Position numbers and translations under genes: made by a program. A model generated the notes under the pieces. The model had not been told where the DNA came from. It did not search any database and saw only the letters and a program-made list of their open reading frames with translations. From IMG/VR virus record IMGVR_UViG_3300011336_000135, positions 2,871-66,870 of that record: 64,000 nt of DNA; one strand, 5' to 3'. This document shows, one piece after another, positions 37,909-46,278 of this stretch (its first letter is position 1; every line of letters starts with the position of its first letter). The stretch is from a virus. Lineage: Duplodnaviria; Caudoviricetes.

Positions 37909-38786
37909 CAGCCCCAGCCGAACTCGACCGCCCCGTAGAAGTTGGTCGTCGCGCCGGTGGCCGCACCCGCGAAGTACAGCCAGACCAAGCACGCGCCGTC
38001 CATCACCCGAGGAAGGCTCGGCAGTTGGTTGAGCAGGTCGCGCTCTGCGGCCACAGAAACCGTGGTCAATGGCAGCGTCAACAGCGGGCGGGCCAGACAC
38101 AATGCCCCTGTGCCAGTGTTGGCGGCGCTAAACGTCACCGATGCCACGTTGCTCACACCCGTGTCGCCCGAGGCCAGCGGCAGGAACGGGCCGTAGTTGT
38201 TGGCCGCTAGGCCCGAGTGCGAAATGTGCGGGGCGATGGCCCCGCCAGTCATGGAGACCGTTACCGGCAGGGTGCGCCCCGAGGTGGGCACGGTGTTGCT
38301 GTAGCTCACCGCAATGTTCTGCGCCGTGGCACCTGCGGTCGCCGTTTGCACCCAGAACAGGCGACAGCCCGCGCCGTTGGTGTAGCGCAGCGTCGGCGTG
38401 CCGGTCAGCGTCTGCGCCGTGGCTGAGTTGTTGGTGATGCCGGGCCAGTAGCCCTGCAGATCCACCAGCATCAACTGCGAGGGCACGCCAGTCGCCACGC
38501 CGGTCAACGCTTGGACGTTCAAGACATGCTTGGTGTCGGGGCTGACGTTGCCCGCATTCGGAAGGCCGAAAATCTGCGTACCGTTTCCAGTGAGTTCGTC
38601 GCAGGTTCTCCAGGCCAGCGCGGTGCCAGCGAAGGCATTGGCGACGGGCGTGCCGGCCAAGCCGCTCATGTCATACCACCGGCCTGCGGTGTAGGCAGCA
38701 GCACCTGTAATCTTGTTCCAATCCGTGCGCTGATATTGCCCGCTGGTAATACTGTTGACAAGATCATCCATTGAGGAAAATGGCAT
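37908..38786 (-). CDS. Accessory structural protein, paralog A
   Basis: Shares RYTNG, FLPLASGD, LA(R/K)PL and LPR motifs with 38796-39659. Confidence 0.7.
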   Translation of the reverse strand: MPFSSMDDLVNSITSGQYQRTDWNKITGAAAYTAGRWYDMSGLAGTPVANAFAGTALAWRTCDELTGNGTQIFGLPNAGNVSPDTKHVLNVQALTGVATGVPSQLMLVDLQGYWPGITNNSATAQTLTGTPTLRYTNGAGCRLFWVQTATAGATAQNIAVSYSNTVPTSGRTLPVTVSMTGGAIAPHISHSGLAANNYGPFLPLASGDTGVSNVASVTFSAANTGTGALCLARPLLTLPLTTVSVAAERDLLNQLPSLPRVMDGACLVWLYFAGAATGATTNFYGAVEFGWG

Positions 38787-38795
38787 GGTGCGTCC

Positions 38796-39659
38796 TTATT
38801 CTGTCCAGATGAATTGGGCCTGTCCGACAATTGGACCGTTGTTGGCTGTGCTGCCCGACAGGTTGTAAACGTAGTTCAGAAACGCACCCTCATAGATGCG
38901 CGGCAAAGCCGCCTGTTCCCGAAGGAAGTTTTTTTCGATGGTCGCTCCCACCTGAGCCCCAGCCAGCATCACCAGGGGCTTGGCTAGCACCAGCACTGCA
39001 AAGCCGCCAATGCCCACATCGAGTTGCACCGACTGCACTGATTGAACTCCAAGATCCCCGGAGGCCAGCGGAAGGAATATCCCCGTGGCCGTGGTTGCCG
39101 TGGTGCCGGCTGAGGCCAGCACGCCGATGGTGGCCGAGGACCGCGCCGCTGCGATAACCGTTTGGGACACGCCCTGCGTGTTGGTGTAGGTCATCGTCAC
39201 GTTCGCGCTGACCGCTGCTCCGGGCGTCTGCTGCACCAGCATAGCCCGCACGCCGTCGCCGTTCGTGTAACGTGGTAGGCTCTCCGTGTTCGTCAGGTCT
39301 TGCTGGTCCGTGCTGTCCAAGTCAATGTATGCATAAGACAGCAGATAGTCTAGGAACAGCGCCGTGGGCAGAAACGCTGTCGCACCGACTTCCATCAGCG
39401 ACAGCGATAGTAGGTATCGTTCCTGCGTGGTCAGAGCAGGCCCTACGTAGATGCTGGCGTTGCGTTGGCCGATCATCGGCGTGGCTTCCAAAGCATTGCC
39501 GAGGTAAGCGTTGTAGGTCGGGATACCGGGAGCCACACTGGCGTCCCCAAACAGCAAGTTGGCACCAGGGTTGGGTACGCCCGCACGGTAGAAGTGCTGG
39601 ATGTGCTGCCGCCCCTGCTCAACGGCGTCTGCAACAGCGGCCACGGTGTTAAACGGCAT
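38796..39659 (-). CDS. Accessory structural protein, paralog B
   Basis: Probable start MPFNTVAAV at 39659, after GGAGG; shares motifs with paralog A. Confidence 0.7.
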   Translation of the reverse strand: MPFNTVAAVADAVEQGRQHIQHFYRAGVPNPGANLLFGDASVAPGIPTYNAYLGNALEATPMIGQRNASIYVGPALTTQERYLLSLSLMEVGATAFLPTALFLDYLLSYAYIDLDSTDQQDLTNTESLPRYTNGDGVRAMLVQQTPGAAVSANVTMTYTNTQGVSQTVIAAARSSATIGVLASAGTTATTATGIFLPLASGDLGVQSVQSVQLDVGIGGFAVLVLAKPLVMLAGAQVGATIEKNFLREQAALPRIYEGAFLNYVYNLSGSTANNGPIVGQAQFIWTE

Positions 39660-39795
39660 CAGAGTCCTCCAATGGAACCCATTCCGTTTGATCTGGCGAC
39701 CACTCAACTCCTCCGTCCGGGTGCTCAGGGCAGGGCGACACTGCGGTCTCCATTAACGTGAGCAGTTCCCGGCAGTGAGCACAGCGATAAACCAC
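39649..39795 (-). CDS. Small Zn-ribbon protein (48 aa), not in ORF track
   Basis: GTG start: VVYRCAHCRELL...SPCPEHPDGGVE; CxxC...CxxH; fills the gap between two genes. Confidence 0.55.
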   Translation of the reverse strand: MVYRCAHCRELLTLMETAVSPCPEHPDGGVEWSPDQTEWVPLEDSDAV

Positions 39796-39796
39796 A

Positions 39797-40237
39797 TCAG
39801 TCCACCGTTACTGTCAATGCTCCCGCAGCAAATTGCGGCTGAATACCGTTTGAAATTGACAGCGAAGATGTCAGCGCACCCGACATGAGCAAATTGCCCG
39901 CGCCAGACGCGTCAGTGCCGATCCCAAAATAACTTGCTGTTGCTGTGCTGCCAGTGCATTGTGGGAACTGCACCAGCGCGGTATTACTGATCGTCTGCGA
40001 AGTCAGCGTCCACCCGCCGCCCGCACGGGCCACGGCTACGCGAGCGTAACTTGTGTACGCCACTTCGTTAGTGCTCTGCGTTCCTGACTCTCCAGGGTCA
40101 GCACTGTGCAGAGAAACGTAGAAACTACCCGCCGCCGCAGAATTTTGCAAGCCTGCCGCATCACCAATGTTGGCCCAGTCAATGTTGAGGAACAAAAGGT
40201 TTAGCAGATTTGCTTCTGCTGCGTTAGTCATGCTCAT
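39797..40237 (-). CDS. Tail fibre-associated structural protein
   Basis: VSLHSADPGE...EVAYTSYARVAV...FPQCT pattern. Confidence 0.7.
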   Translation of the reverse strand: MSMTNAAEANLLNLLFLNIDWANIGDAAGLQNSAAAGSFYVSLHSADPGESGTQSTNEVAYTSYARVAVARAGGGWTLTSQTISNTALVQFPQCTGSTATASYFGIGTDASGAGNLLMSGALTSSLSISNGIQPQFAAGALTVTVD

Positions 40238-40246
40238 CGGTTACCT

Positions 40247-40501
40247 CTACACATGGCTGAGATTCTGGAACTCTGAATACGTCAGAGTTAAACGGTTGGC
40301 CCACGCAGACGCATAGGTCGTGTAAGCAGGGTTGTTGGACACATTAGCCCACAGCATCACACCTGTTGAGGTGCTGAACTTCTGTATGAGCCATGTGTTT
40401 ACGTCGCTCACCTTCCCAACGTACAAGGGGTCACCATCAACAAAATTATTGAGGTAGTATGCCTGTACCGGGTAAGACTGTGATACCCCGCTGACCGACA
40501 C
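40247..40501 (-). CDS. Hypothetical protein
   Basis: In-operon ORF ending WANRLTLTY. Confidence 0.6.
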   Translation of the reverse strand: MSVSGVSQSYPVQAYYLNNFVDGDPLYVGKVSDVNTWLIQKFSTSTGVMLWANVSNNPAYTTYASAWANRLTLTYSEFQNLSHV

Positions 40502-40504
40502 GGC

Positions 40505-41023
40505 TTACCCCAACTTGTTTTTCAACGCCTCAATTGCCTTCTCAGCCGCAGCCTGACGCTTTTCAAGCGCTTCAATTTCAGCCACTTTGGCCTTTACAGC
40601 TTCAGCATGCTGCGCTTCGACTTCGGCAATCTTGGCCTTTACCTGGGCTTCAGCCGCCTCTACTGCCGCCTTCTGCTGGCTTGCCTGAGCTTCTGCTGCA
40701 GTGGCTTTCTCTTTGGCACGATCAATCCGGGCCTGAGATTCTTCCTCAGCAACAGCAATACGGCGATCCGAAGCCTCCAAAGTTGCTTGGGCTTTAGCGT
40801 TCAGCGCCTCAAGCTCTTCCGCAGATTTGGTACGAATCGCTTCTGCCGCATCTTTGGCTGCTTGAACGTCAGCATTAACCCTATCAAGCTCCTTTTTGGC
40901 CGCGCTCAAAGCGCGTTCCATGTCGGCTTGTTTCGCCACTGCATCCATCACCGCAGGAATGGACTCCAGCACCGGACCCCAAAGGTCCTGAAATTTGCGC
41001 AATGCGCCAATATCAACAGCCAT
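40505..41023 (-). CDS. Coiled-coil protein
   Basis: A/E/K-rich heptads; GGAGG RBS. Confidence 0.65.
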   Translation of the reverse strand: MAVDIGALRKFQDLWGPVLESIPAVMDAVAKQADMERALSAAKKELDRVNADVQAAKDAAEAIRTKSAEELEALNAKAQATLEASDRRIAVAEEESQARIDRAKEKATAAEAQASQQKAAVEAAEAQVKAKIAEVEAQHAEAVKAKVAEIEALEKRQAAAEKAIEALKNKLG

Positions 41024-41024
41024 G

Positions 41025-41360
41025 TTACCTCCCTGGCATACCAGCTTGGATGACCGTCATTGTGGCCGTACCACTGGCGTAGGTCGTAATGCGCAAACGC
41101 ATCGCCATGATCGGAAACGCGTAGTTCCCGTCAAGAGACGTTGTTTTGGCTGACAAACTTGAGTTAGCAAACCATGTGGCCGTCGATGCGTCAAACCCCG
41201 GAGCGAACACATCGTCAAAGGTGTGCTCAACCGAGTAGGTGAGCGAAGCCCCAGCCGACAGAACAACCGCGATACCGACGTTAAACGGCCCTTGGTAGTG
41301 GTCAAGTGGCACTGGCGCAGACGCTGCCTGCGATGCCACAGTTACACGAATAGGGCGCAT
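41025..41360 (-). CDS. Structural (capsid-associated) protein
   Basis: MRPIRVTV...YSVEHTFDD...PIMAMRL; downstream of the decoration-like gene. Confidence 0.65.
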   Translation of the reverse strand: MRPIRVTVASQAASAPVPLDHYQGPFNVGIAVVLSAGASLTYSVEHTFDDVFAPGFDASTATWFANSSLSAKTTSLDGNYAFPIMAMRLRITTYASGTATMTVIQAGMPGR

Positions 41361-41372
41361 GTTTACCCCCTA

Positions 41373-41684
41373 TTAGGCGGCGGTCGTGACGTTCGTCCAG
41401 CCCGTGGAGCCGTTCGTGTTCACATACAGGCGAGTAGAGGTCGAAGAACCATCCGTGCGGAGGTAGATCGAACCTTGGGCAGCAGAGATCGACGGGACGC
41501 CAGAACCCACGTAGATACCCAAGCCAGCGGTAGACGAAGCCAGGAATGCAGCCATGCCGCCAGCAGCGGGGGCCACATTGCTATCAGCCGTGATGTTGCC
41601 GGTTGCAGAAACGGTTGCGCCAGAGACGTCACCAATGAAACCGTTTGCGGATGCAACCGGGCCAGAAAACGAGGTACGGGCCAT
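41373..41684 (-). CDS. Putative capsid decoration/spike protein
   Basis: MARTSFSGPV N-terminus; GSIYLRTDG...RLYVN; has its own promoter. Confidence 0.6.
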   Translation of the reverse strand: MARTSFSGPVASANGFIGDVSGATVSATGNITADSNVAPAAGGMAAFLASSTAGLGIYVGSGVPSISAAQGSIYLRTDGSSTSTRLYVNTNGSTGWTNVTTAA

Positions 41685-41764
41685 GAAAATGTCCTCAGTT
41701 TGCGCCCGCTGTCTGTGAGGTCAGTCCGCCAAGTCGGTCAGCAGGCAAGGGTGAATCTTGGACT
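41685..41764 (-). ncRNA. Candidate structured 5' leader (double pseudoknot)
   Basis: Three complementary pairs in the order A-B-A'-C-B'-C', starting at the predicted +1; C' covers the SD. Confidence 0.45.
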
Positions 41765-42397
41765 AGGAGCAGGGTAGCACTTCTTGGGCGGGAATGCAAG
41801 CGCTTCGGCGTCGGAAGGCAGTTTGTTGTGTTTCACGGCGTTCTCCGACCTTGTAATGACCCGTAAATTCCAAGGCACATGGAGGCCGCAAACATCCTCA
41901 TGCTGAAGGGGCCAGATATGGTCAACAACATACGGCTCTCCGGTAGTCTTGGACATTGTGATGGCAATCTGATACATGGATCGCATTTCTGTTTTTTGCT
42001 TACGTGTTAGCCACGGTGGAGTGGCAGCGCGGTGCTTACGCCTGCGGTTTTTTGTTTTTGCCCGCACCAAATCTAGGTTCTGCGCATTCCATACGTTCCT
42101 GTACCTGCGCTTATCTTCATCGGGCCGCGCTTGAGCACGGGCAATAACTGCATCTCGATTCTTTTCGTAGTACCGTTGCTTGGCCTCTTGCCCAGCATCC
42201 GATCTGTTGTACTGCTGGAAGTAAGTAGCGCGCTTTTCCAACGCCTGCGTCCACTCCACCTTTAAGCACTCAACACAAGCGCCCTTGGTTTTACGCGGTG
42301 CAATATGCCCGTGCTTGCAGGGCTCCCCGGTGAAGTAGTACGGGGCTCCCTGGGCTTGAGCTTCTTTGCGGGTCTTAGGTAGGTTGTCGGTGTCCAT
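41738..42397 (-). CDS. Free-standing HNH homing endonuclease
   Basis: YFTGEPCKHGH...CVEC N-terminus; VVDHIWPL...CGLHVPWNLRVIT..EN..KHN; start chosen after GGAG. Confidence 0.88.
   Translation of the reverse strand: MDTDNLPKTRKEAQAQGAPYYFTGEPCKHGHIAPRKTKGACVECLKVEWTQALEKRATYFQQYNRSDAGQEAKQRYYEKNRDAVIARAQARPDEDKRRYRNVWNAQNLDLVRAKTKNRRRKHRAATPPWLTRKQKTEMRSMYQIAITMSKTTGEPYVVDHIWPLQHEDVCGLHVPWNLRVITRSENAVKHNKLPSDAEALAFPPKKCYPAPSPRFTLAC
41771..41799 (-). promoter_or_regulatory. Sigma70-like promoter for the decoration-like gene, inside the HNH 3' end
   Basis: Minus strand TTGCAT-N17-TACCCT with TGn extended -10. Confidence 0.55.
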
Positions 42398-42425
42398 CTG
42401 CCGCTCCATGCGTTACGATACCGGC

Positions 42426-42454
42426 AATGTACGACAGGCGGCTTAAAAGCGCAA
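42426..42454 (-). promoter_or_regulatory. Sigma70-like promoter for the HNH gene
   Basis: Minus strand TTGCGC-N17-TACATT just downstream of the MCP terminator. Confidence 0.5.
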
Positions 42455-42463
42455 CAAGCAAAG

Positions 42464-42489
42464 AAAAAGGGCCCCGAAGGGCCCTTTTT
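42464..42489 (-). terminator. Intrinsic terminator after the MCP
   Basis: AAAAAGGGCCC-TTCG-GGGCCCTTTTT (UUCG loop on the minus strand). Confidence 0.85.
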
Positions 42490-42502
42490 AGGGGGTAAAC
42501 CC

Positions 42503-43411
42503 TTAGGCTCCGGGGCTTCCGTAGATGCCCAACGGATCCGAAACTCCGAACGAATATCGCTCTCGCGCCTTGTAACGAGCGTTCCCGGTGTCGAAGTCGG
42601 CATCCATTGACGTAGCCATCGGCACGCGCACGAAGTGCTTCAGACCGTTGGGCACATCCGTGGTCAGGAACCACGCATTGGTGTCGGTCAAGAAGTGGTT
42701 AACGGTATACCCCTCAGGGATGGAACCGTTGTTCTTCAGTGCGTTGATGTCGTTGTCGGCGGTTGCCACGCGCAGGCTGGTTTCCAGCAGGCGGGTTGCC
42801 GTGAACATCAGGGCCGGGGGAACAACCAGCTTACGCGGCTTAGCTGCGATCAGCAGACCACGCTCATCCGTCCAACCAGCGATCTGAATAACGGCGGCTT
42901 CCAGGGAAGTCTCGTTCAGGTCAGCGGCGGTAGCCGGACGGTTGCTGTTAACGCCACCAGAGACCAGCGGGTGCGCGGTCGAGAACAGAGGCTGTCCATC
43001 ACCGTAGGTCACGGCGCTGTTGAAACCGTTGTTCAGGGTCGCAGCAGCCTTAACCTGCTTCGTGTAAGCCATAGCGCGTGCCAGGGCCTTCGTGTAGCGG
43101 GCGGAGAGGCTGTCGTACAGGTTGTCTTCCATCGCCTCTTCGGTGACGGAGAAACCCATAGCGATGGTCTCGTGGTTGTAACGAGCGGTCCAGGCTTCCT
43201 GCGCGTTGTCGTAGGAAATCGCTTGACCTTCGTTCTTCACCGGGGCGGCGCTGAAGCCGGAGAGCTTGGTTTCTTCTTCGAACGAGCGCTCTGAGGACTC
43301 GGTCTCGTAGATTTCCTTGTGCTCTTCGCCGTAGCGCTTGTACTCCATGCCGAACAGAGCGTTCAGACCAGGGAGCAGTTCCTTGAGTAGTTGGGCGCGT
43401 GAAATTGCCAT
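42503..43411 (-). CDS. Major capsid protein
   Basis: MAISRAQLLKELLPGLNALFG, SERSFEEE, LIAAKPRKLVVPPAL, RYKARERYSFG; strongest codon bias in the genome. Confidence 0.92.
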   Translation of the reverse strand: MAISRAQLLKELLPGLNALFGMEYKRYGEEHKEIYETESSERSFEEETKLSGFSAAPVKNEGQAISYDNAQEAWTARYNHETIAMGFSVTEEAMEDNLYDSLSARYTKALARAMAYTKQVKAAATLNNGFNSAVTYGDGQPLFSTAHPLVSGGVNSNRPATAADLNETSLEAAVIQIAGWTDERGLLIAAKPRKLVVPPALMFTATRLLETSLRVATADNDINALKNNGSIPEGYTVNHFLTDTNAWFLTTDVPNGLKHFVRVPMATSMDADFDTGNARYKARERYSFGVSDPLGIYGSPGA

Positions 43412-43424
43412 TTTGTGTTACTCC

Positions 43425-44279
43425 TTAGATCGCAACTGCGACATCATAGGCGTGGTAACCGGCATTCCACTTCACCAGCACTTCTTGGAAGCCGCTGAAG
43501 GTCAGAGTACCCGTTTGCCCGGTGGTGGCAGTAGTAGCCTGCGACAGCGTCACCGAGGTGCCACTGACAGCCGCCACAAACGTACCAGCTTGCACGTTCA
43601 GACCCGTGACCAGCATACCCGTCTTGATAGACGAGTCGGCAGCGGCCATAGTCACTGAGGTGCTTGCATTACCAGTCGTGCCCGTAGCAGCCACCACCAA
43701 CTGGGTCTCCTGAACCATCTGGACGATGCGGAACGGAGCGGTAGCCGTGCGGCGCACGTTGCCCGAAGCCAGCATCAGACCGACGTTGGAGTTGCCACTG
43801 AAGTTGGAGCCCGTACCCGTGTTTGCGGTGGCGGTAGCCATCGAAGTCAGGTTCGTGCCCAGAGCGGCAGCAGGTACGCAACCGATCACCGGGGTGCCGG
43901 AGGCGTTGTACTGGATGATTGCAGCCTTGATGATGATGTCCGGGTCATCGCTGACGTAGGCCACAGCATCAGGAGCCACAGTACCAGCAGCCCAGCGCTG
44001 ATAACGCTGCTTGCCGTACAGAGGACCGCCAGCCGGGGTGTATTCACAACCCAGGAAGACGCCCAGCGTACCGCCAGTTTCTGCTGCTGCAGAGTTGAAC
44101 GCCAGACCAGAGGTGATCAGCGTGCCATCAGAGGTGAACTTTACGGGATCACCGAAGTACAGGGAAGCGTTATACCCGCTGGCAATCGGGATCATTCGCG
44201 TAGAACCCGCGAAGACTTGACCGCCAATCAGGTTAACCGGAATTAGACCGTAAGGTCCTTCTACGGTGGGATAAGCCAT
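43425..44279 (-). CDS. Capsid-associated (cement/decoration-like) protein
   Basis: PYGLIPVNLIGG, FGDPV, VFLGCEY, VSDDPD; immediately upstream of the MCP. Confidence 0.65.
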   Translation of the reverse strand: MAYPTVEGPYGLIPVNLIGGQVFAGSTRMIPIASGYNASLYFGDPVKFTSDGTLITSGLAFNSAAAETGGTLGVFLGCEYTPAGGPLYGKQRYQRWAAGTVAPDAVAYVSDDPDIIIKAAIIQYNASGTPVIGCVPAAALGTNLTSMATATANTGTGSNFSGNSNVGLMLASGNVRRTATAPFRIVQMVQETQLVVAATGTTGNASTSVTMAAADSSIKTGMLVTGLNVQAGTFVAAVSGTSVTLSQATTATTGQTGTLTFSGFQEVLVKWNAGYHAYDVAVAI

Positions 44280-44295
44280 TTAAGACTCCTTGATT

Positions 44296-44742
44296 TTACG
44301 AACCGCGTCCGAACGAAACCTCCGAGCGGCGCTCCTTGAACAGAGGCATCCGAGGATCATTCTCGCGCATGAAGTTGTTGTCCACTGATTGCATCTGCCC
44401 GTCAGCTTGACGCTGGAAGTAAGCAGAACGCTGATCAACGAACTCCGAAGGGGTTTTGCAAAGCATCAATCCACCGATTTGGATGCTGTCGGGGAAGCGG
44501 CCCGCGCCGGTTCCTGACACATACGCTTCTGGATGGTCGCTGGCTTTTACGGGCTCCCAGCCCTCTTGCAGCTTGACGGAGACATTACGAGGATCATCAG
44601 TGCCAAGGGTGCTGACGCGAATCCAGCGCATGGCGTATCCAGGCTCTGGGTTTACATCAGGAAGCAACTGCGGCGGCATCCATTGCTTGGGCCTTTCAGC
44701 CTTTGCACGGGTATCAAATTCACGGGGAATACGTTCAGCCAT
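44296..44742 (-). CDS. Conserved head-module protein
   Basis: RWIRVSTLG, EGWEPVKA, GGLMLCK. Confidence 0.7.
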   Translation of the reverse strand: MAERIPREFDTRAKAERPKQWMPPQLLPDVNPEPGYAMRWIRVSTLGTDDPRNVSVKLQEGWEPVKASDHPEAYVSGTGAGRFPDSIQIGGLMLCKTPSEFVDQRSAYFQRQADGQMQSVDNNFMRENDPRMPLFKERRSEVSFGRGS

Positions 44743-45682
44743 TTTGTTTCCTCATATCTTCCGCAACCTGACGCGCATAGGCTTCCAAAGGAACCCCAAG
44801 ACGCTTGGCGATGTTGACTTGTGATTGGGTCAGCACGATCTTTCTGGGCGCTGTGCTGCGTGTTGCAGGTGCTACAACTGACGACTTCTTTGCGGGCTTT
44901 TCCGAGGGGAACGCATCAGGAAAAAGCTGCCGTACACGGGAATTGATCTTCTCGTAATACTCGTCGCTGGTTGTATTTACCCCGCTCTCCACAAGTTTTC
45001 TATGGACTGTCAAAGCAACTGCGGTCATCTCGTCGTCTGAACCAAACCAGGGATTGGCGTCTTGCCACGCACGGGCTTTGGTATCAACTTGAATCTGCGG
45101 CTGTTCTGCAGGCCGTGGTGCGGGTTGTACCACAGGTTCTTCAGGCTTTGCAACTGGTGGCTTGAAGTTATTTACCCGCTCTGCTTTGATCTTGGCGGTA
45201 GTGAGTTCTTCCTGGGCCGCGATAAACGCCTCAGTATCACCTGCCTCGTGCGCGGCTTTGAGCTTTGCCTTGGCTTGCTCTACCTCGTTGGCAACCACTT
45301 TCTTGGCTTGCTCAAGAAGCGCCTGCTGCCCCTGGCCCAAGCTCCCTTGGAGCTTCTTGTTCTCCTCTACGAGGGTCTGCGCCAATTTGAGAGCTTCTTC
45401 CCGCTCACGCAGTGCTGCTTCCTTCGCCCGCCGCTCCTCGTGATACCCCTTGGAGAAGTGCTGGATGCGCTTCTTAACACCTTCGGAATACTGCGCAAGT
45501 TCATCGTCAGTTACCTCTGCCGGGGCCTCTTTCATGGGCTTGCGGCCCTTGTCGGCTTCCGGCGTGTCGTCAACTACCTCGACTTCTGGTGCAGCCTCAA
45601 TCTCATACTCCACCTTCTCTTCAGAAGTGGATACAGTCTGCTCATCAGGGAACTTGAATTCGTCGCTTTGTACATTAGCCAT
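44735..45682 (-). CDS. Scaffolding protein
   Basis: Acidic N-terminus, coiled coil, W...NPWFG, C-terminal AKRLGVPLEAYA. Confidence 0.75.
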   Translation of the reverse strand: MANVQSDEFKFPDEQTVSTSEEKVEYEIEAAPEVEVVDDTPEADKGRKPMKEAPAEVTDDELAQYSEGVKKRIQHFSKGYHEERRAKEAALREREEALKLAQTLVEENKKLQGSLGQGQQALLEQAKKVVANEVEQAKAKLKAAHEAGDTEAFIAAQEELTTAKIKAERVNNFKPPVAKPEEPVVQPAPRPAEQPQIQVDTKARAWQDANPWFGSDDEMTAVALTVHRKLVESGVNTTSDEYYEKINSRVRQLFPDAFPSEKPAKKSSVVAPATRSTAPRKIVLTQSQVNIAKRLGVPLEAYARQVAEDMRKQNG

Positions 45683-45692
45683 GAGCTACTCC

Positions 45693-46091
45693 TTATGCGC
45701 GCTTGATGCCACGGGGGTCTTGCACAACCGCTTCAACGCTGTCATCGTTGATGATGCGGAACTCTTGGCCGTGGATCTTCAGCCGCGTGCCCGTATTGGG
45801 GCGGACAAGCACGAAGTCACCAACTTTGCACGAAGGCCCACTGGGGAAGCGCAGCGGATCACGATACGCGTCAGGGCCTGCCTTTACTACAAACAGTACA
45901 GGGCTCATGACCTCTTCAAAGTGCATGGTTTGGCCTGCTTTAGCAAGTCCGCTCTCATACTCTTCTTCGGCCTTTGGCAAGACGCACAGCAGGTGATAAG
46001 TCACCGGATCAGGCACCTGACGGGCCTTTTCAGCGTCGGTTTGCGGCAACACTGTGGTGTTTTCGCCGTCGCTCAGGAGTATTTCACTCAT
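45693..46091 (-). CDS. groES: GroES/Cpn10-like co-chaperonin
   Basis: VVKAGPDAY, CKVGDFVLV, GQEFRIINDDSVEAVV; start MSEILL at 46091. Confidence 0.8.
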   Translation of the reverse strand: MSEILLSDGENTTVLPQTDAEKARQVPDPVTYHLLCVLPKAEEEYESGLAKAGQTMHFEEVMSPVLFVVKAGPDAYRDPLRFPSGPSCKVGDFVLVRPNTGTRLKIHGQEFRIINDDSVEAVVQDPRGIKRA

Positions 46092-46278
46092 CGTCGTTTT
46101 CCATCTTTCGCACAAGGTCGATTATGAAAGCATGAGCACGCGAGAGACCCTGGATCTCGCCTGTCATGAACTTGTACTCGGAATAGTCTTTTGCCGAGCC
46201 TGAGATAAGCGCCTGGGCGATGGACTCCCGGCGCTCCTCAATTTCTTTGATGACTACGTCAAACGCAGTAGCCGCCAT
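46084..46278 (-). CDS. Conserved hypothetical protein
   Basis: SAKDYSEYKFMTGEIQGL, between the portal and GroES genes. Confidence 0.7.
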   Translation of the reverse strand: MAATAFDVVIKEIEERRESIAQALISGSAKDYSEYKFMTGEIQGLSRAHAFIIDLVRKMENDDE

